From a virus (lineage: Duplodnaviria; Caudoviricetes), in the IMG/VR virus record IMGVR_UViG_3300003937_000378, positions 1 to 52,892 of that record: a stretch of DNA of 52,892 nucleotides, one strand, 5' to 3'. The notes under the pieces are model-generated. The model did not search any database. It saw nothing but the letters and a program-made list of their open reading frames with translations, and was not told the origin of the DNA. Below, in pieces: positions 7,606-16,905 of the stretch (within the stretch, counting starts at the first letter, position 1; every line of letters begins with the position of its first letter). The position numbers and the translations under genes are program-made.

Positions 7606-8088
7606 ATGCAGTCCCTCCCCCTTCCCCACACCTTGGCGCAGCCCATCGGCCCGGCGCTGATCGACGGCCCGGCGCAGTTCGTGCCCTTGGCAGCAGCGCG
7701 CGCGCGGCTGGGCTTCCCGTCGCCGGCCGACGACTTCATGGATGAAGCGATCGACCTGCACCGCCTGCTGGTGCGCAACCCGGCCGCCACGTTCCTGTAC
7801 CGGGCCGATGGCTGGTCCATGAGCGGCGCCGGCGTCAGCGATGGGGACATCCTGGTGGTGGACCGGTCGGTGACGCCGCTGGCCGGTGACCTGGTCATCG
7901 CCATCTGGGATGGAAACCAGCCCACCTGCAAGGTGCTGCAGCTGTTCGAGAACCACATGGAGCTGCACTCGGCCAACCCAGACTTCCCGCCCATCGTGCT
8001 CGAGCAGGCCATCGAGGTTGAGGTGTTCGCTGTGGTGGGGGTCGTCCGCCAGATCAAGCGCCGGGGCGGCCATGTTCGGGCTCGTTGA
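7606..8088 (+). CDS. umuD: UmuD-like S24 peptidase (Pol V subunit)
   Basis: GFPSPADD, GWSM (Ser), GDILVVDRS, TCK (Lys). Confidence 0.93.
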   Translation: MQSLPLPHTLAQPIGPALIDGPAQFVPLAAARARLGFPSPADDFMDEAIDLHRLLVRNPAATFLYRADGWSMSGAGVSDGDILVVDRSVTPLAGDLVIAIWDGNQPTCKVLQLFENHMELHSANPDFPPIVLEQAIEVEVFAVVGVVRQIKRRGGHVRAR

Positions 8089-9322
8089 TGGGAACAACTT
8101 CTATGCCAGCTGTGAGCGGGTGTTTCAGCCGGCGCTGCGCGGCGTGCCGCTGGTGGTGCTGAGCAACAACGACGGCTGCGCGATCGCGCGCTCGGCGGAG
8201 GCCAAGGCCCTGGGCATCAAGATGGGCCAGCCGGCCCACGAGCTGAAACACCTGGTGCGTCGCCACGGTCTGCAGATGCGCTCGGCGAACTTTGGCCTGT
8301 ACGGCGACATGAGCGCTCGCGTCGTGACCATCCTGCGAGAAGCCGCGCCCCGGGTGGAGGTCTACAGCATCGATGAAAGCTTCATCGATCTGGAGGGCGT
8401 GCGGGACCGCGAGCGGTTCGCCCGGGATCTGCGGCAGCGCGTGCACCGATGGACCGGCATACCCAACTGCATCGGCATCGGGCCGACAAAGACGCTGGCC
8501 AAGCTGGCCAACAAGGTGGCCAAGACCGCCGACGGCGTGATCGACCTTGGGGACGCCGCCTACAGAGCCTCGGTGCTGCAGACCTTCCCCGTTGGTGATC
8601 TGTGGGGCGTTGGCCGCCGGCTGGCACCGCGGCTGGAAGCCATGGGCATCAGCACGGCGGCTGCTCTGCGCGACGCGCCGGCGGACGACATCCTGGCCAT
8701 CTTCGGGGTGACGCTCGCGCGCACCCAGCGCGAACTGCAAGGCCACTCCTGCATGGAGCTGGAAGAGGTGGAGCCGGACCGGCAGCAGATCATGGTCAGC
8801 CGATCATTCGCTGACCGAGTCGAGGACCACGAAGCCGTTGCCCAGGCGCTGGCCACCTTCGCCGTGCGCGCCTGCGAGAAGCTGCGTGCCCGGGGCCTGG
8901 TCACCGCCGGCGTGTGGGTGTTCGCCCATTCGGACGTATTCCGGCCGGAGCTGCGGCAGCACAACGCCAGCAGGACCGTGGGCCTGCCCGCGTCGACCGC
9001 AGACACCACCGTGGTGCTGGGCGTCGTGCGCAAGCTGCTACGCGGCCTGCTCCGCGACGGCATTGGATACAAGAAGGCCGGGGTGGCGCTGCTGGACCTG
9101 GCCCGGCCAGATGAGCTTCAGGAGGATCTGTTCGGGCCGACGGTGGTCGGCAACGAGAGGCTGATGGCCACCATGGACCGGATCAACCAAAAATTCGGCC
9201 GCGGCACGGCCGGCCTTGGCGCATCGGGTTGGCAGGCGCGGCCAGCGTGGGGCATGCGGCAGCACATGCTGTCGCCGAACTACACGACCTCCGTGCACGA
9301 GATCCCGCCGGCGCGATGCTGA
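8072..9322 (+). CDS. umuC: Y-family DNA polymerase V catalytic subunit
   Basis: LVDGNNFYASCE, VVLSNNDGC, YSIDE, W.MRQ..LSPNYTT C-terminus; start moved to 8072. Confidence 0.96.
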   Translation: MFGLVDGNNFYASCERVFQPALRGVPLVVLSNNDGCAIARSAEAKALGIKMGQPAHELKHLVRRHGLQMRSANFGLYGDMSARVVTILREAAPRVEVYSIDESFIDLEGVRDRERFARDLRQRVHRWTGIPNCIGIGPTKTLAKLANKVAKTADGVIDLGDAAYRASVLQTFPVGDLWGVGRRLAPRLEAMGISTAAALRDAPADDILAIFGVTLARTQRELQGHSCMELEEVEPDRQQIMVSRSFADRVEDHEAVAQALATFAVRACEKLRARGLVTAGVWVFAHSDVFRPELRQHNASRTVGLPASTADTTVVLGVVRKLLRGLLRDGIGYKKAGVALLDLARPDELQEDLFGPTVVGNERLMATMDRINQKFGRGTAGLGASGWQARPAWGMRQHMLSPNYTTSVHEIPPARC

Positions 9323-9390
9323 TGCGCGGGCCAAAGGCCCGTGCCTGGCGGGAACCTGCGGCCGCCAGAAGGCGGCCGCAGGGGTGTGGA

Positions 9391-9825
9391 TCAGGCCGGG
9401 TCGTCCAGGTGATCCAGCACGCTCTCCTTCCACTTCAGCTGCTGCACGTCGGTGCCAGCGAGCTGCTTCTTGTGGACCTGCAGCAGCACGCTGAAGGCCT
9501 TGCCGGCCTCAGTGGGGCACCACAGCCCATCACGCTTCTCCTGAAGGCCATGCTCCACCAGCAGGCGGTTGAACTTCTGGGGAGACAAACCCATGCGCCG
9601 ACCGAGGTCGGTGGGCGTGAAGAAGCGGATGCCGTCCACGTGGACCGCTACCGGCCCAGCCGACAGTGCGCCGGGCAGAGGCGGGGGCGGCACCTGGTTG
9701 GCCGCAGCCAACAGGGTAGCCAGAGGAACCTGGGAGGCCTCACTCAAATGGGACAGTGAAACCTGTTCCAATTTCGTAAATTCCGAAATTGATAAACCGC
9801 TCGTAACTTCATGTTTCTTAAACAT
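9391..9825 (-). CDS. DNA-binding protein with antirepressor-type (KilA-C/ANT-like) C-terminal domain
   Basis: FFTPTDLGRRMGLSPQKFNRLLVEHGLQ...W.PTEAGK...QLKW; ATG 9825 with AGGAAG SD. Confidence 0.7.
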   Translation of the reverse strand: MFKKHEVTSGLSISEFTKLEQVSLSHLSEASQVPLATLLAAANQVPPPPLPGALSAGPVAVHVDGIRFFTPTDLGRRMGLSPQKFNRLLVEHGLQEKRDGLWCPTEAGKAFSVLLQVHKKQLAGTDVQQLKWKESVLDHLDDPA

Positions 9826-10121
9826 TTTCACGCTTCCTGTAGGTAGGAGCATGAACCATCGGGAGGTTGACCTTATACGCCTAGGCGATAAGATCAACTC
9901 CGTTCTAATCGCCTAGCGATTACTCGCGCGGCGGCAGGACGGGAGCATTGATCGATTGGCGTCGATCTCCGCTTCTCCCGATGGCCATGCCATTGGTACA
10001 ACACGTTTAGTTTTGCGCGACCCTGAGGCTGACCTGATAGAAGGCCTCGGGGTTTTGCGTTTTGTGGGTCAGACCCGTTGAACTAGACCCGTCGAATTGG
10101 GCTACCGACACCACGGGCCTG

Positions 10122-10150
10122 AAGATAGTGGGGGTGTTGGGGGCCGTCAA
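10122..10150 (-). promoter_or_regulatory. sigma70-like promoter for the 9391-9825 gene
   Basis: TTGACG-N17-TATCTT on the minus strand. Confidence 0.6.
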
Positions 10151-10449
10151 CGCTAAATGTAGTGAATTCTGGTAATCCCTTGCGCCGCAAGCGTCATGCC
10201 ATCGGCGCCGATCAGAGGTGGTCTAGACCTGCTTGGGAAGGCTGCGCAGTCAAGCCCGATGGGCGTCACATCGGCGGTACAACGTGCTGCGGAAAGGGAA
10301 CAGTGACAGCTTCACACGACACGTAGCCGGCGGCCATGGACGGTGCTGTGGATAACCAGCGGGCAACGGTGCACGCCTGGATCGCATCCGCGCGGTGCTC
10401 GGCAAACAAGTACACGCGTCGCGCACGGCGGCGGGCATACCCTTCGGCC

Positions 10450-11115
10450 ATGTGCGGCCGCTTCGTCCAGCTTCCCGTTGTCGACTTCGGCCTGCCCGAC
10501 TTGGCGGACCTCGCCCCTGGCTTGGCCGAGATCCAGCCCAGCTTCAACCTGGCCCCCACCCAGCGCGCGGCGGTCATTCTTGACCGCGGCGAAGGCCGGC
10601 AGGTCACCCGTATGGCATGGGGCCTCCTGCCATTCTGGGCGAAGACCAAGGGCATGCAGGGCAAGGCGATCAACGCGCGCATCGAGACGGTAGCCACCAA
10701 GCCCGCATTCCGCACCGCGTTCAAGAATCGCCGCTGCGTCGTCCCCATGGCCGGCTACTACGAGTGGTCGGAAAACCCGGAGGACGGCGGCAAAGACCCG
10801 TGGTTCATCCACGCAGCCGGGCCGCTGCTGGCGGCCGGCCTGTGGGAAGACACCAGCCCGCTGCTGCCCGATGGCAACCTGGGCACCTTCACAATCATCA
10901 CAGGCGACAGCAGCGGCGTCTCGGCGGACATCCACGACCGCATGCCGGTGTGGCTGCAAGCCGGCCAGATTGATGAATGGATGGCCGTAGGGCCAGATAA
11001 CGCAATGGCCATGCTGCTGGCCAGCACGCCCCCGTCTATGGAGGCGTACCGGGTGAGCCGGGCTGTGAACACGGCCGGCAACAACAAGCAACAGCTGCTG
11101 CAAGCTATTTCTTAG
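10450..11115 (+). CDS. SOS response-associated peptidase (SRAP/YedK/HMCES), abasic-site protection
   Basis: N-terminal MCGRF, NARIET, GYYEW, IHDRMPV. Confidence 0.95.
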   Translation: MCGRFVQLPVVDFGLPDLADLAPGLAEIQPSFNLAPTQRAAVILDRGEGRQVTRMAWGLLPFWAKTKGMQGKAINARIETVATKPAFRTAFKNRRCVVPMAGYYEWSENPEDGGKDPWFIHAAGPLLAAGLWEDTSPLLPDGNLGTFTIITGDSSGVSADIHDRMPVWLQAGQIDEWMAVGPDNAMAMLLASTPPSMEAYRVSRAVNTAGNNKQQLLQAIS

Positions 11116-11145
11116 AACACCGCTGTCAAGCAGGGCTGAACCAGC

Positions 11146-11868
11146 TCAGATCTCAATGCCGCCTGCAGCAAGTGATTCCTTCGCGGATGCGTAGATGGTG
11201 TCCATCTGCTGGGTAGAAAGCGCACCGCTGATGAATGCCACCAATGCGCCCTCCACCGGTGCCGCGTAGAGCGCATGGCCCAAAACGCGAATGGATCCGG
11301 CGACCGCCGGTGGTGCACCAGGAAGATCAGCAGCCACCTCAGTACCAGTTCTTGGCCTGTACATCCTCGCTTTCAGACCTGCGGTATCGACCACTCCGAA
11401 CAACGCCTCAAACCGGTCTCCACCTTCGGCGGGAATCGTCGCATAGTGCGAACCGCCAATACGCATGGCGGTCGCCAGCGTGCCATTTGCGCGGTACATC
11501 CCGAAGCTCGCGTTGGCAGAATCAGCACTACCGCCCAGCCACTGGTATGGAGCGGCGCCTGCGCCGGCAACCTGGCGGGATACCACCAGCATGGTCATTG
11601 GGCCGGTGGGCATTGGTCGACTCGGAACCGCGAGGTGCTTTCCGGCAGCCAGCGCGGATGCGAAACCGTAAACCACATCTGCCCCGCTGTCGGCACTGAC
11701 CAAGGCGGCCCATTCACCCTGACGCGGCATCGCAGATTTCACCTCTGAAACTTTGAGACGATACTCAGCAAGCAGCCCGTCCGGGTATGAAATGAGCGGC
11801 TCCAGGTCAAGCACCAACGAATCGCTGAATGCCGCCGGTGCTGCGTAACGGCGAATGATCGCAACCAT
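11146..11868 (-). CDS. tail-fibre-associated beta-rich protein (LamG/ConA-like, tentative)
   Basis: Directly follows the tail fibre; GGAGAG SD before ATG 11868; beta-rich. Confidence 0.6.
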   Translation of the reverse strand: MVAIIRRYAAPAAFSDSLVLDLEPLISYPDGLLAEYRLKVSEVKSAMPRQGEWAALVSADSGADVVYGFASALAAGKHLAVPSRPMPTGPMTMLVVSRQVAGAGAAPYQWLGGSADSANASFGMYRANGTLATAMRIGGSHYATIPAEGGDRFEALFGVVDTAGLKARMYRPRTGTEVAADLPGAPPAVAGSIRVLGHALYAAPVEGALVAFISGALSTQQMDTIYASAKESLAAGGIEI

Positions 11869-11880
11869 CTTTCTCTCCAA

Positions 11881-13344
11881 TTAGCCGATTTCTTTCTGGA
11901 AGATGCCGTCTTCCAGGACGTTGTTCCAAAGCACGTCGTTGTCGTGACTTACACCAGGCACGATGGTGAGGTTGCAGAACCCACCAGCCGCACGAAGTGA
12001 GTCACGCAGGATCGGGTAGTTCAAGTCTCCGCCGAAGTCGACGGAATAGGTCGAATCCCCGCTACCTGCATAAAGGTGCATCCGTGGGAAGCCGAACTTT
12101 CGATTCGGCACCCCTTCGGAAATGCCCATGTTGAACCAGTCATACCCTGAGAAGAACTCTGCAGCGCGAGAGTCATCCGTGCCGTCCGCTGCCATTCCAA
12201 AGGCGCTGCGAATTGCACCCCGCCTTGCTGGAGCGTTGGCAAAGATGTAATTCAGAGACGGTACTGGCCCAATGCCCAGGCAAAGACGAATAGGAAATGG
12301 TTTGTAGTAGGCCAACTGCCCCATAACCAGACCACCCATGGAATCTCCGGCCAATACGACCGACGGGTGAAACTTGTAGCGCTCCATCAAATACTGGTAA
12401 AGAGCGACAACGCGGTTCCTTGAAACATCATTTCCCCAGCCAGTCGTGCCTCCCTCCTGCAGACTGATGCAAGCGTATGAAACGCGGTTTGCGCGCGCCC
12501 ATTCTTTGAAGGCGTTGTTAGGGGCGTAGGTGTAGTTTTTCGTGTTTCCGTGGCAGAGAACAATCAGGGTGTCACGACCAAACCCGTATCCATCGGAGGT
12601 TACGACGCGAGCATTGATTCCACCGACCCGAAAGTCGGAAACGTAGCGGCCGCGCATCGTACCGACATCATCAGATCCATCCTTCCACTTTACGCGCCCG
12701 ACCCGACCAAGCTCATCAATATCGACTTCGATCGCGTCTGCGAAGGCCGTTCCGGATAGATCCATCGCGTACTCATCGTACACCCCCCTGTTGTTCGACC
12801 TGCCCATTATCAGCGCAGAATCATCCCCATCACGGAGAACCCTGTAGCCACCAATCTTTGTACCGATGAATTCGCGAGTTCCATCACGATGAATTGCGAA
12901 CGCAACGTTACCATCGGGATCTTGATCTGCCTCGATGAAGCCACTCCGAATGCTGGCGACCAGCGTTCCTGCAACCTCGGCTACCTCAGCCTTGCCAGCC
13001 TTCAATGCGAGCATGTCGGCTCGCAGAAAATTCCACGAGCTGCCGTCCCAACTGTACTGCCCAGCACCATCGCCGTTGAGGACAAATGCACCCTGACCAA
13101 CATACGTGCCTGTAATTGCCTGCAGCGCACTCAATGTCGATGAGTAGATTGCGCTGGTGGACTGACCAGCTTTAAGTGAATCAATCTCCTCCTGAGTGAT
13201 CCGCGACGGGGGAATATCATTGATGGTGAAAGCGGCAAGGGAATTATCCTGCCGTACCACTCCCACGATCGCATCTGACCGCCCCGCTGGCCGCCTCGGA
13301 AGATCCGCTGCCGGAATGATCTGCCGGCCATCAATCGTCGTCAT
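11881..13344 (-). CDS. tail fibre/spike with C-terminal alpha/beta-hydrolase domain
   Basis: Position at the end of the tail operon; LCHGN, GDSMGG, GSGD, VSHD catalytic-triad pattern; visibly lower GC. Confidence 0.75.
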   Translation of the reverse strand: MTTIDGRQIIPAADLPRRPAGRSDAIVGVVRQDNSLAAFTINDIPPSRITQEEIDSLKAGQSTSAIYSSTLSALQAITGTYVGQGAFVLNGDGAGQYSWDGSSWNFLRADMLALKAGKAEVAEVAGTLVASIRSGFIEADQDPDGNVAFAIHRDGTREFIGTKIGGYRVLRDGDDSALIMGRSNNRGVYDEYAMDLSGTAFADAIEVDIDELGRVGRVKWKDGSDDVGTMRGRYVSDFRVGGINARVVTSDGYGFGRDTLIVLCHGNTKNYTYAPNNAFKEWARANRVSYACISLQEGGTTGWGNDVSRNRVVALYQYLMERYKFHPSVVLAGDSMGGLVMGQLAYYKPFPIRLCLGIGPVPSLNYIFANAPARRGAIRSAFGMAADGTDDSRAAEFFSGYDWFNMGISEGVPNRKFGFPRMHLYAGSGDSTYSVDFGGDLNYPILRDSLRAAGGFCNLTIVPGVSHDNDVLWNNVLEDGIFQKEIG

Positions 13345-13352
13345 CGTCTCTC

Positions 13353-13739
13353 CTACAGAACAGCCGAGGCATCGACTGCCCCGGTATCAATGTTGGCCAG
13401 GGCCAATGCCTGGCGGATGCTCACGTCCAGCAAGACCTGGTCCGACCAGACCACCAGCTGCGGCGGCTCCCCGAGAAGTGCCAGCAGCACGTCCCGGGCG
13501 ACTTCGTCGGCCTTGGCCGGCCTGGGGTCGCTGTGCTGGAACTCGCGCTCGATGGCCTTGCCGTCCGTGCCGACCAGTGGCAGCCCCGCATCGGTAACGG
13601 CACGGGCCCAGCCACGGAACAGGATCTGTCCACCCTGCAGAGTCCTGGTGCAGACGACCGCCACCAGGTCTCCGGTGTCCAGCTCGACCACCGTCTGACC
13701 GGCCTCGGCAGCGACCCCGTCTTTCTTCACATAGCTCAT
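13353..13739 (-). CDS. tail-region hypothetical protein
   Basis: 128 aa, coupled to the upstream gene. Confidence 0.7.
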   Translation of the reverse strand: MSYVKKDGVAAEAGQTVVELDTGDLVAVVCTRTLQGGQILFRGWARAVTDAGLPLVGTDGKAIEREFQHSDPRPAKADEVARDVLLALLGEPPQLVVWSDQVLLDVSIRQALALANIDTGAVDASAVL

Positions 13740-14386
13740 TGCAACACTTCCTCATATGCGGGATTTCTGACGCCACCGCTTCCGCCGCCGCCGCCGATGC
13801 CGCCACCGCCGCTGCCACTGGAGCCGGCGGCGGGGAACTGGATCTGCAGGGCACTGATGGCGACGTTGCCATTCGCGTTGGCCGACTCGACCACGTTGGT
13901 TGTTACTCGCAGCTGCTTGCTGCCGCCCTGCAGCAGCGGGTCGCTGTAGTACAGGTAAACGGTGACCTTCTGACCTGCCGTGCCGGTCAAGCTGGCGCTG
14001 CTGGCTGCGTAGGAGACCTGCACCGAGCCGATGACCAAGGTGCCTGCGGTCACGCTGATGGTGGCCACCGAAGCGCCTTCGGCATCGCTCGCCGCGGCGA
14101 ACGTCACGGAGGTCGCCATATCCCACATGGACTGCTGGTTGCCGATGTTCGGCAGCGCCGCCGCACCCACACGGTTGGTGTCAGGCACATTCACCGCCAC
14201 GTCGATCCATTCCGAGGATCTCCCGTTGACGCCGATGGATCGCATCTGCAGATCGTAGGGCGTGCCCCGCTGAAGCTCACGAACGACAAACACCTGCCCT
14301 GCCACCTGGCTGCGGTACTGCCAGGCGGTGTCCGGCGCACCCACTTCACGGAACCGAAGCTCATACGACGCGATCGCGACGGTCAC
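13736..14386 (-). CDS. FN3-like tail tip protein with Gly-rich tail
   Basis: YELRFRE...ELQRGTPYDLQMRSIGVNGRSSEW; GTGA overlap with the gpJ stop. Confidence 0.75.
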   Translation of the reverse strand: MTVAIASYELRFREVGAPDTAWQYRSQVAGQVFVVRELQRGTPYDLQMRSIGVNGRSSEWIDVAVNVPDTNRVGAAALPNIGNQQSMWDMATSVTFAAASDAEGASVATISVTAGTLVIGSVQVSYAASSASLTGTAGQKVTVYLYYSDPLLQGGSKQLRVTTNVVESANANGNVAISALQIQFPAAGSSGSGGGGIGGGGGSGGVRNPAYEEVLQ

Positions 14387-16905
14387 TGAAGCATCTCCAC
14401 TGTGTTGTAGCCATGGCGCGGCGCGGTGCCGATTCGCACCACTGCGGTAGGAATGCCGGCATCGTCCACCTCATCGTTTACCGGGTCCGACACCGCCACG
14501 GTGACTTTGGGCGCCGCCGGGACACCGTAATCGCGTCCGCTGATCTCGCTCACGATGCCCTCGGGCGGATTCTTCCAGTAGGCGTCCACGCGCTCGTCGT
14601 ACGCCACAGCGGTAAACGAGGACGACAGGTCTTCGGAGTAGCGCACGCCGGTGATGATCAGCGTGGTCATCTCCAGCCCGCGCTCTCCCACCACAACACG
14701 ATCACCGACGACGGCCGTAGCAAGCCGGCTATCCGTGTAGAAGGTGTCGCTGAAGGCGCTGTGCGGCCGGCAGTTCACCTTCCGTTTTGCGCCGCCCGAC
14801 GTGCGCGTCTGAATGCCATAGAGCTTCAGTGGATCGGTGTAGATCTCCGTGTCGAGCCTCAAGGTGGCGCCATCAGTACCTTCCGGCGTGCCGTTGACCA
14901 CGCTCACGATGCGGCCCCAGCCGGTGCCCCATTCGGCCACGTCATGCGCCACATCCACCACGTCGCCGCGGACGATTCCAAGGCCAGAGATATCGGTGGT
15001 GAAGCTGTAGACCGTGCTGCGGTACAGGCCCTGTGCCATGTGATACCGGGCAACGCGCCATGCCTGCTTCGCCAGCATGGCCCATTCCAGCCGCAGCGTT
15101 TCGAACAGGGTCGCCGCCGGCTCGGTAGAGGGGTTCCCCCGCGCGTCGACGCCGCGATAGCTGTAGCCGTCCTGGACCACGATGATCTCGTCGTCCTGCC
15201 AGTCCGCATCCGGGTTCTTGAACTGCACGCGCAGCGCGTGCGGCAGCTTGATGAACTGCCGGCTGCCGCTGAATTCCTTGATGTCCAGGGGAGACAGCTC
15301 GGCCGTGGCAGCGGAACTGTTCCGGTCGAACACAACGCAGTAGCGACCATCCCGGTTGCCGATGTCACCCAGCCCGCAGGCCAGCACCTTGCTCAGCAGA
15401 TCGCGGGCGGTCATCTGAGCATCGACCACCATCCGGCAGTCCAGAGCATTCGCCGAGCAGTGCGCGGCGAAGTCAGCAAACGAGTTCAGGTCGATGCGGG
15501 ACGCAGGCACATGTTCGGCCAGGGCCTGGCACCGCGTCATCAGCCAGTAAGCGATCCATGCCGGATTCCGCGTGTACTGGTTGCTCCAGGTGTTGGTGTT
15601 GCGGTTGTAGACCGGCACCATCGACCTGGCCAGCACGCTGAAGGTCTGCAGGGTGCCGGACAGCTGGTCGGTGCCCTTGACGCGCACATTCAGCTTGGAC
15701 GTGCCCGTAGTGCTCGGGGAGGTGTAGCGGATGCTTCGGAAAGAGGTCCAGATGGCGCCGTCGGCCCAGGTCCGATTGGTCTGGTTCTTGCGCGCTACGC
15801 GGGTGACGCGCACCTCGTACTGACCGGTGTCGACGTCCCAGGCGATGCCTGATGCGAACGGATCACGGGTTTGATCCCAGCTCAGGTAGAGGCCCGGTGC
15901 CGGCGGCGTGGTCGGGTACTCGCTCGCCCCAGCAGTCCAGGTGCCGAGCAGCTTCGACAGCCGCGGCGATGGGGGCGTCAGCCAGGCGGTGGTGCCAACC
16001 CGGCGGTACTCCACCCGCCACAGTACCCACATCGGCCAGCCCTTGTTGAGGGAGTCGCCGAACACCTTGAGGCCGTTGGAGAACAGCAGATCCAAGCTGA
16101 TCGCGTCCACCCCTTGTGCCGTGGTGCGCAGGACCTGGTCGCCTTCGGAATTCATTGTCGCGTTGACCGCCTGCTCGTCAACGTCGTTGGTGTACAGCTT
16201 CGGGGCTGCACCACCGGGCCAGGACAGCTCCCACTGGAAGTCTTGGTAGCTCTGCACGGGGGTGTCACCGATCCGGAGGTCGGAGATGCTCAGCGCCCCG
16301 AAGCCAAGGTCGAACATGCAGCACTGGTAGGCGTCGTAGCCGACGACATCGGTGTAGGGAATGGCGGCGTGCGTCGGGAAGAACCGGTGCTCGCCAAGGA
16401 TAAGGGGGATGGCGCCATAGGGGTTGATCTGATTGGAGCTGCCCGTCAGGGCGTTCCATGAACGCTGCGCCTCCGATCCACCCTCGGTGGACATGGGCAC
16501 GGCAACGAGAGCGTTCACGGCTAGCGAAGCGGCGAGCGTGATGCCCGACGCGATCGCATTGCCCGCAGCGGCGCTCCAACCTGCGCCCTTCGCCAGCGAA
16601 GCACCCCAGCCCGGGGCGTAGTAGGCGACCACGATCATCGCCACCGCGGCCAGAATCTGCCGCGCGCCGCCCTTGGCCAGGCCCTGTCGCAGCACATCGA
16701 CACGCACGCCGGCCTTGGGCCGCAGGCGGCCCCACGCCGCGCGCGGCACCACATAGCCACCAACCCGAACCACGACGTCGGCGGAGATCTCCGCGCCGCC
16801 GGCGGCAACCCTGAGCATCTGCAGCAGCGTCTGCCCGGGCTGGGCATAGACCACGCCTGGTGCATCGAACTCGTGCCCCCGAAGGTGCAGCGGAACTTCA
16901 TTCAT
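14383..16905 (-). CDS. tail tip / host-specificity protein (gpJ-like, with gpI-like N-terminus)
   Basis: PYGAIPLILG, YTRNPAWIAYWL, GDVVDVAHD; 840 aa from ATG 16905. Confidence 0.9.
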   Translation of the reverse strand: MNEVPLHLRGHEFDAPGVVYAQPGQTLLQMLRVAAGGAEISADVVVRVGGYVVPRAAWGRLRPKAGVRVDVLRQGLAKGGARQILAAVAMIVVAYYAPGWGASLAKGAGWSAAAGNAIASGITLAASLAVNALVAVPMSTEGGSEAQRSWNALTGSSNQINPYGAIPLILGEHRFFPTHAAIPYTDVVGYDAYQCCMFDLGFGALSISDLRIGDTPVQSYQDFQWELSWPGGAAPKLYTNDVDEQAVNATMNSEGDQVLRTTAQGVDAISLDLLFSNGLKVFGDSLNKGWPMWVLWRVEYRRVGTTAWLTPPSPRLSKLLGTWTAGASEYPTTPPAPGLYLSWDQTRDPFASGIAWDVDTGQYEVRVTRVARKNQTNRTWADGAIWTSFRSIRYTSPSTTGTSKLNVRVKGTDQLSGTLQTFSVLARSMVPVYNRNTNTWSNQYTRNPAWIAYWLMTRCQALAEHVPASRIDLNSFADFAAHCSANALDCRMVVDAQMTARDLLSKVLACGLGDIGNRDGRYCVVFDRNSSAATAELSPLDIKEFSGSRQFIKLPHALRVQFKNPDADWQDDEIIVVQDGYSYRGVDARGNPSTEPAATLFETLRLEWAMLAKQAWRVARYHMAQGLYRSTVYSFTTDISGLGIVRGDVVDVAHDVAEWGTGWGRIVSVVNGTPEGTDGATLRLDTEIYTDPLKLYGIQTRTSGGAKRKVNCRPHSAFSDTFYTDSRLATAVVGDRVVVGERGLEMTTLIITGVRYSEDLSSSFTAVAYDERVDAYWKNPPEGIVSEISGRDYGVPAAPKVTVAVSDPVNDEVDDAGIPTAVVRIGTAPRHGYNTVEMLQ

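Noticed and set aside
9849-9990. Retron msr-msd
   Set aside because: Inverted-repeat layout is suggestive, but no reverse transcriptase (YADD motif) is visible in the window
11146-16905. Diversity-generating retroelement or invertible tail-fibre cassette
   Set aside because: No RT, no TR/VR pair, no invertase or flanking inverted repeats seen
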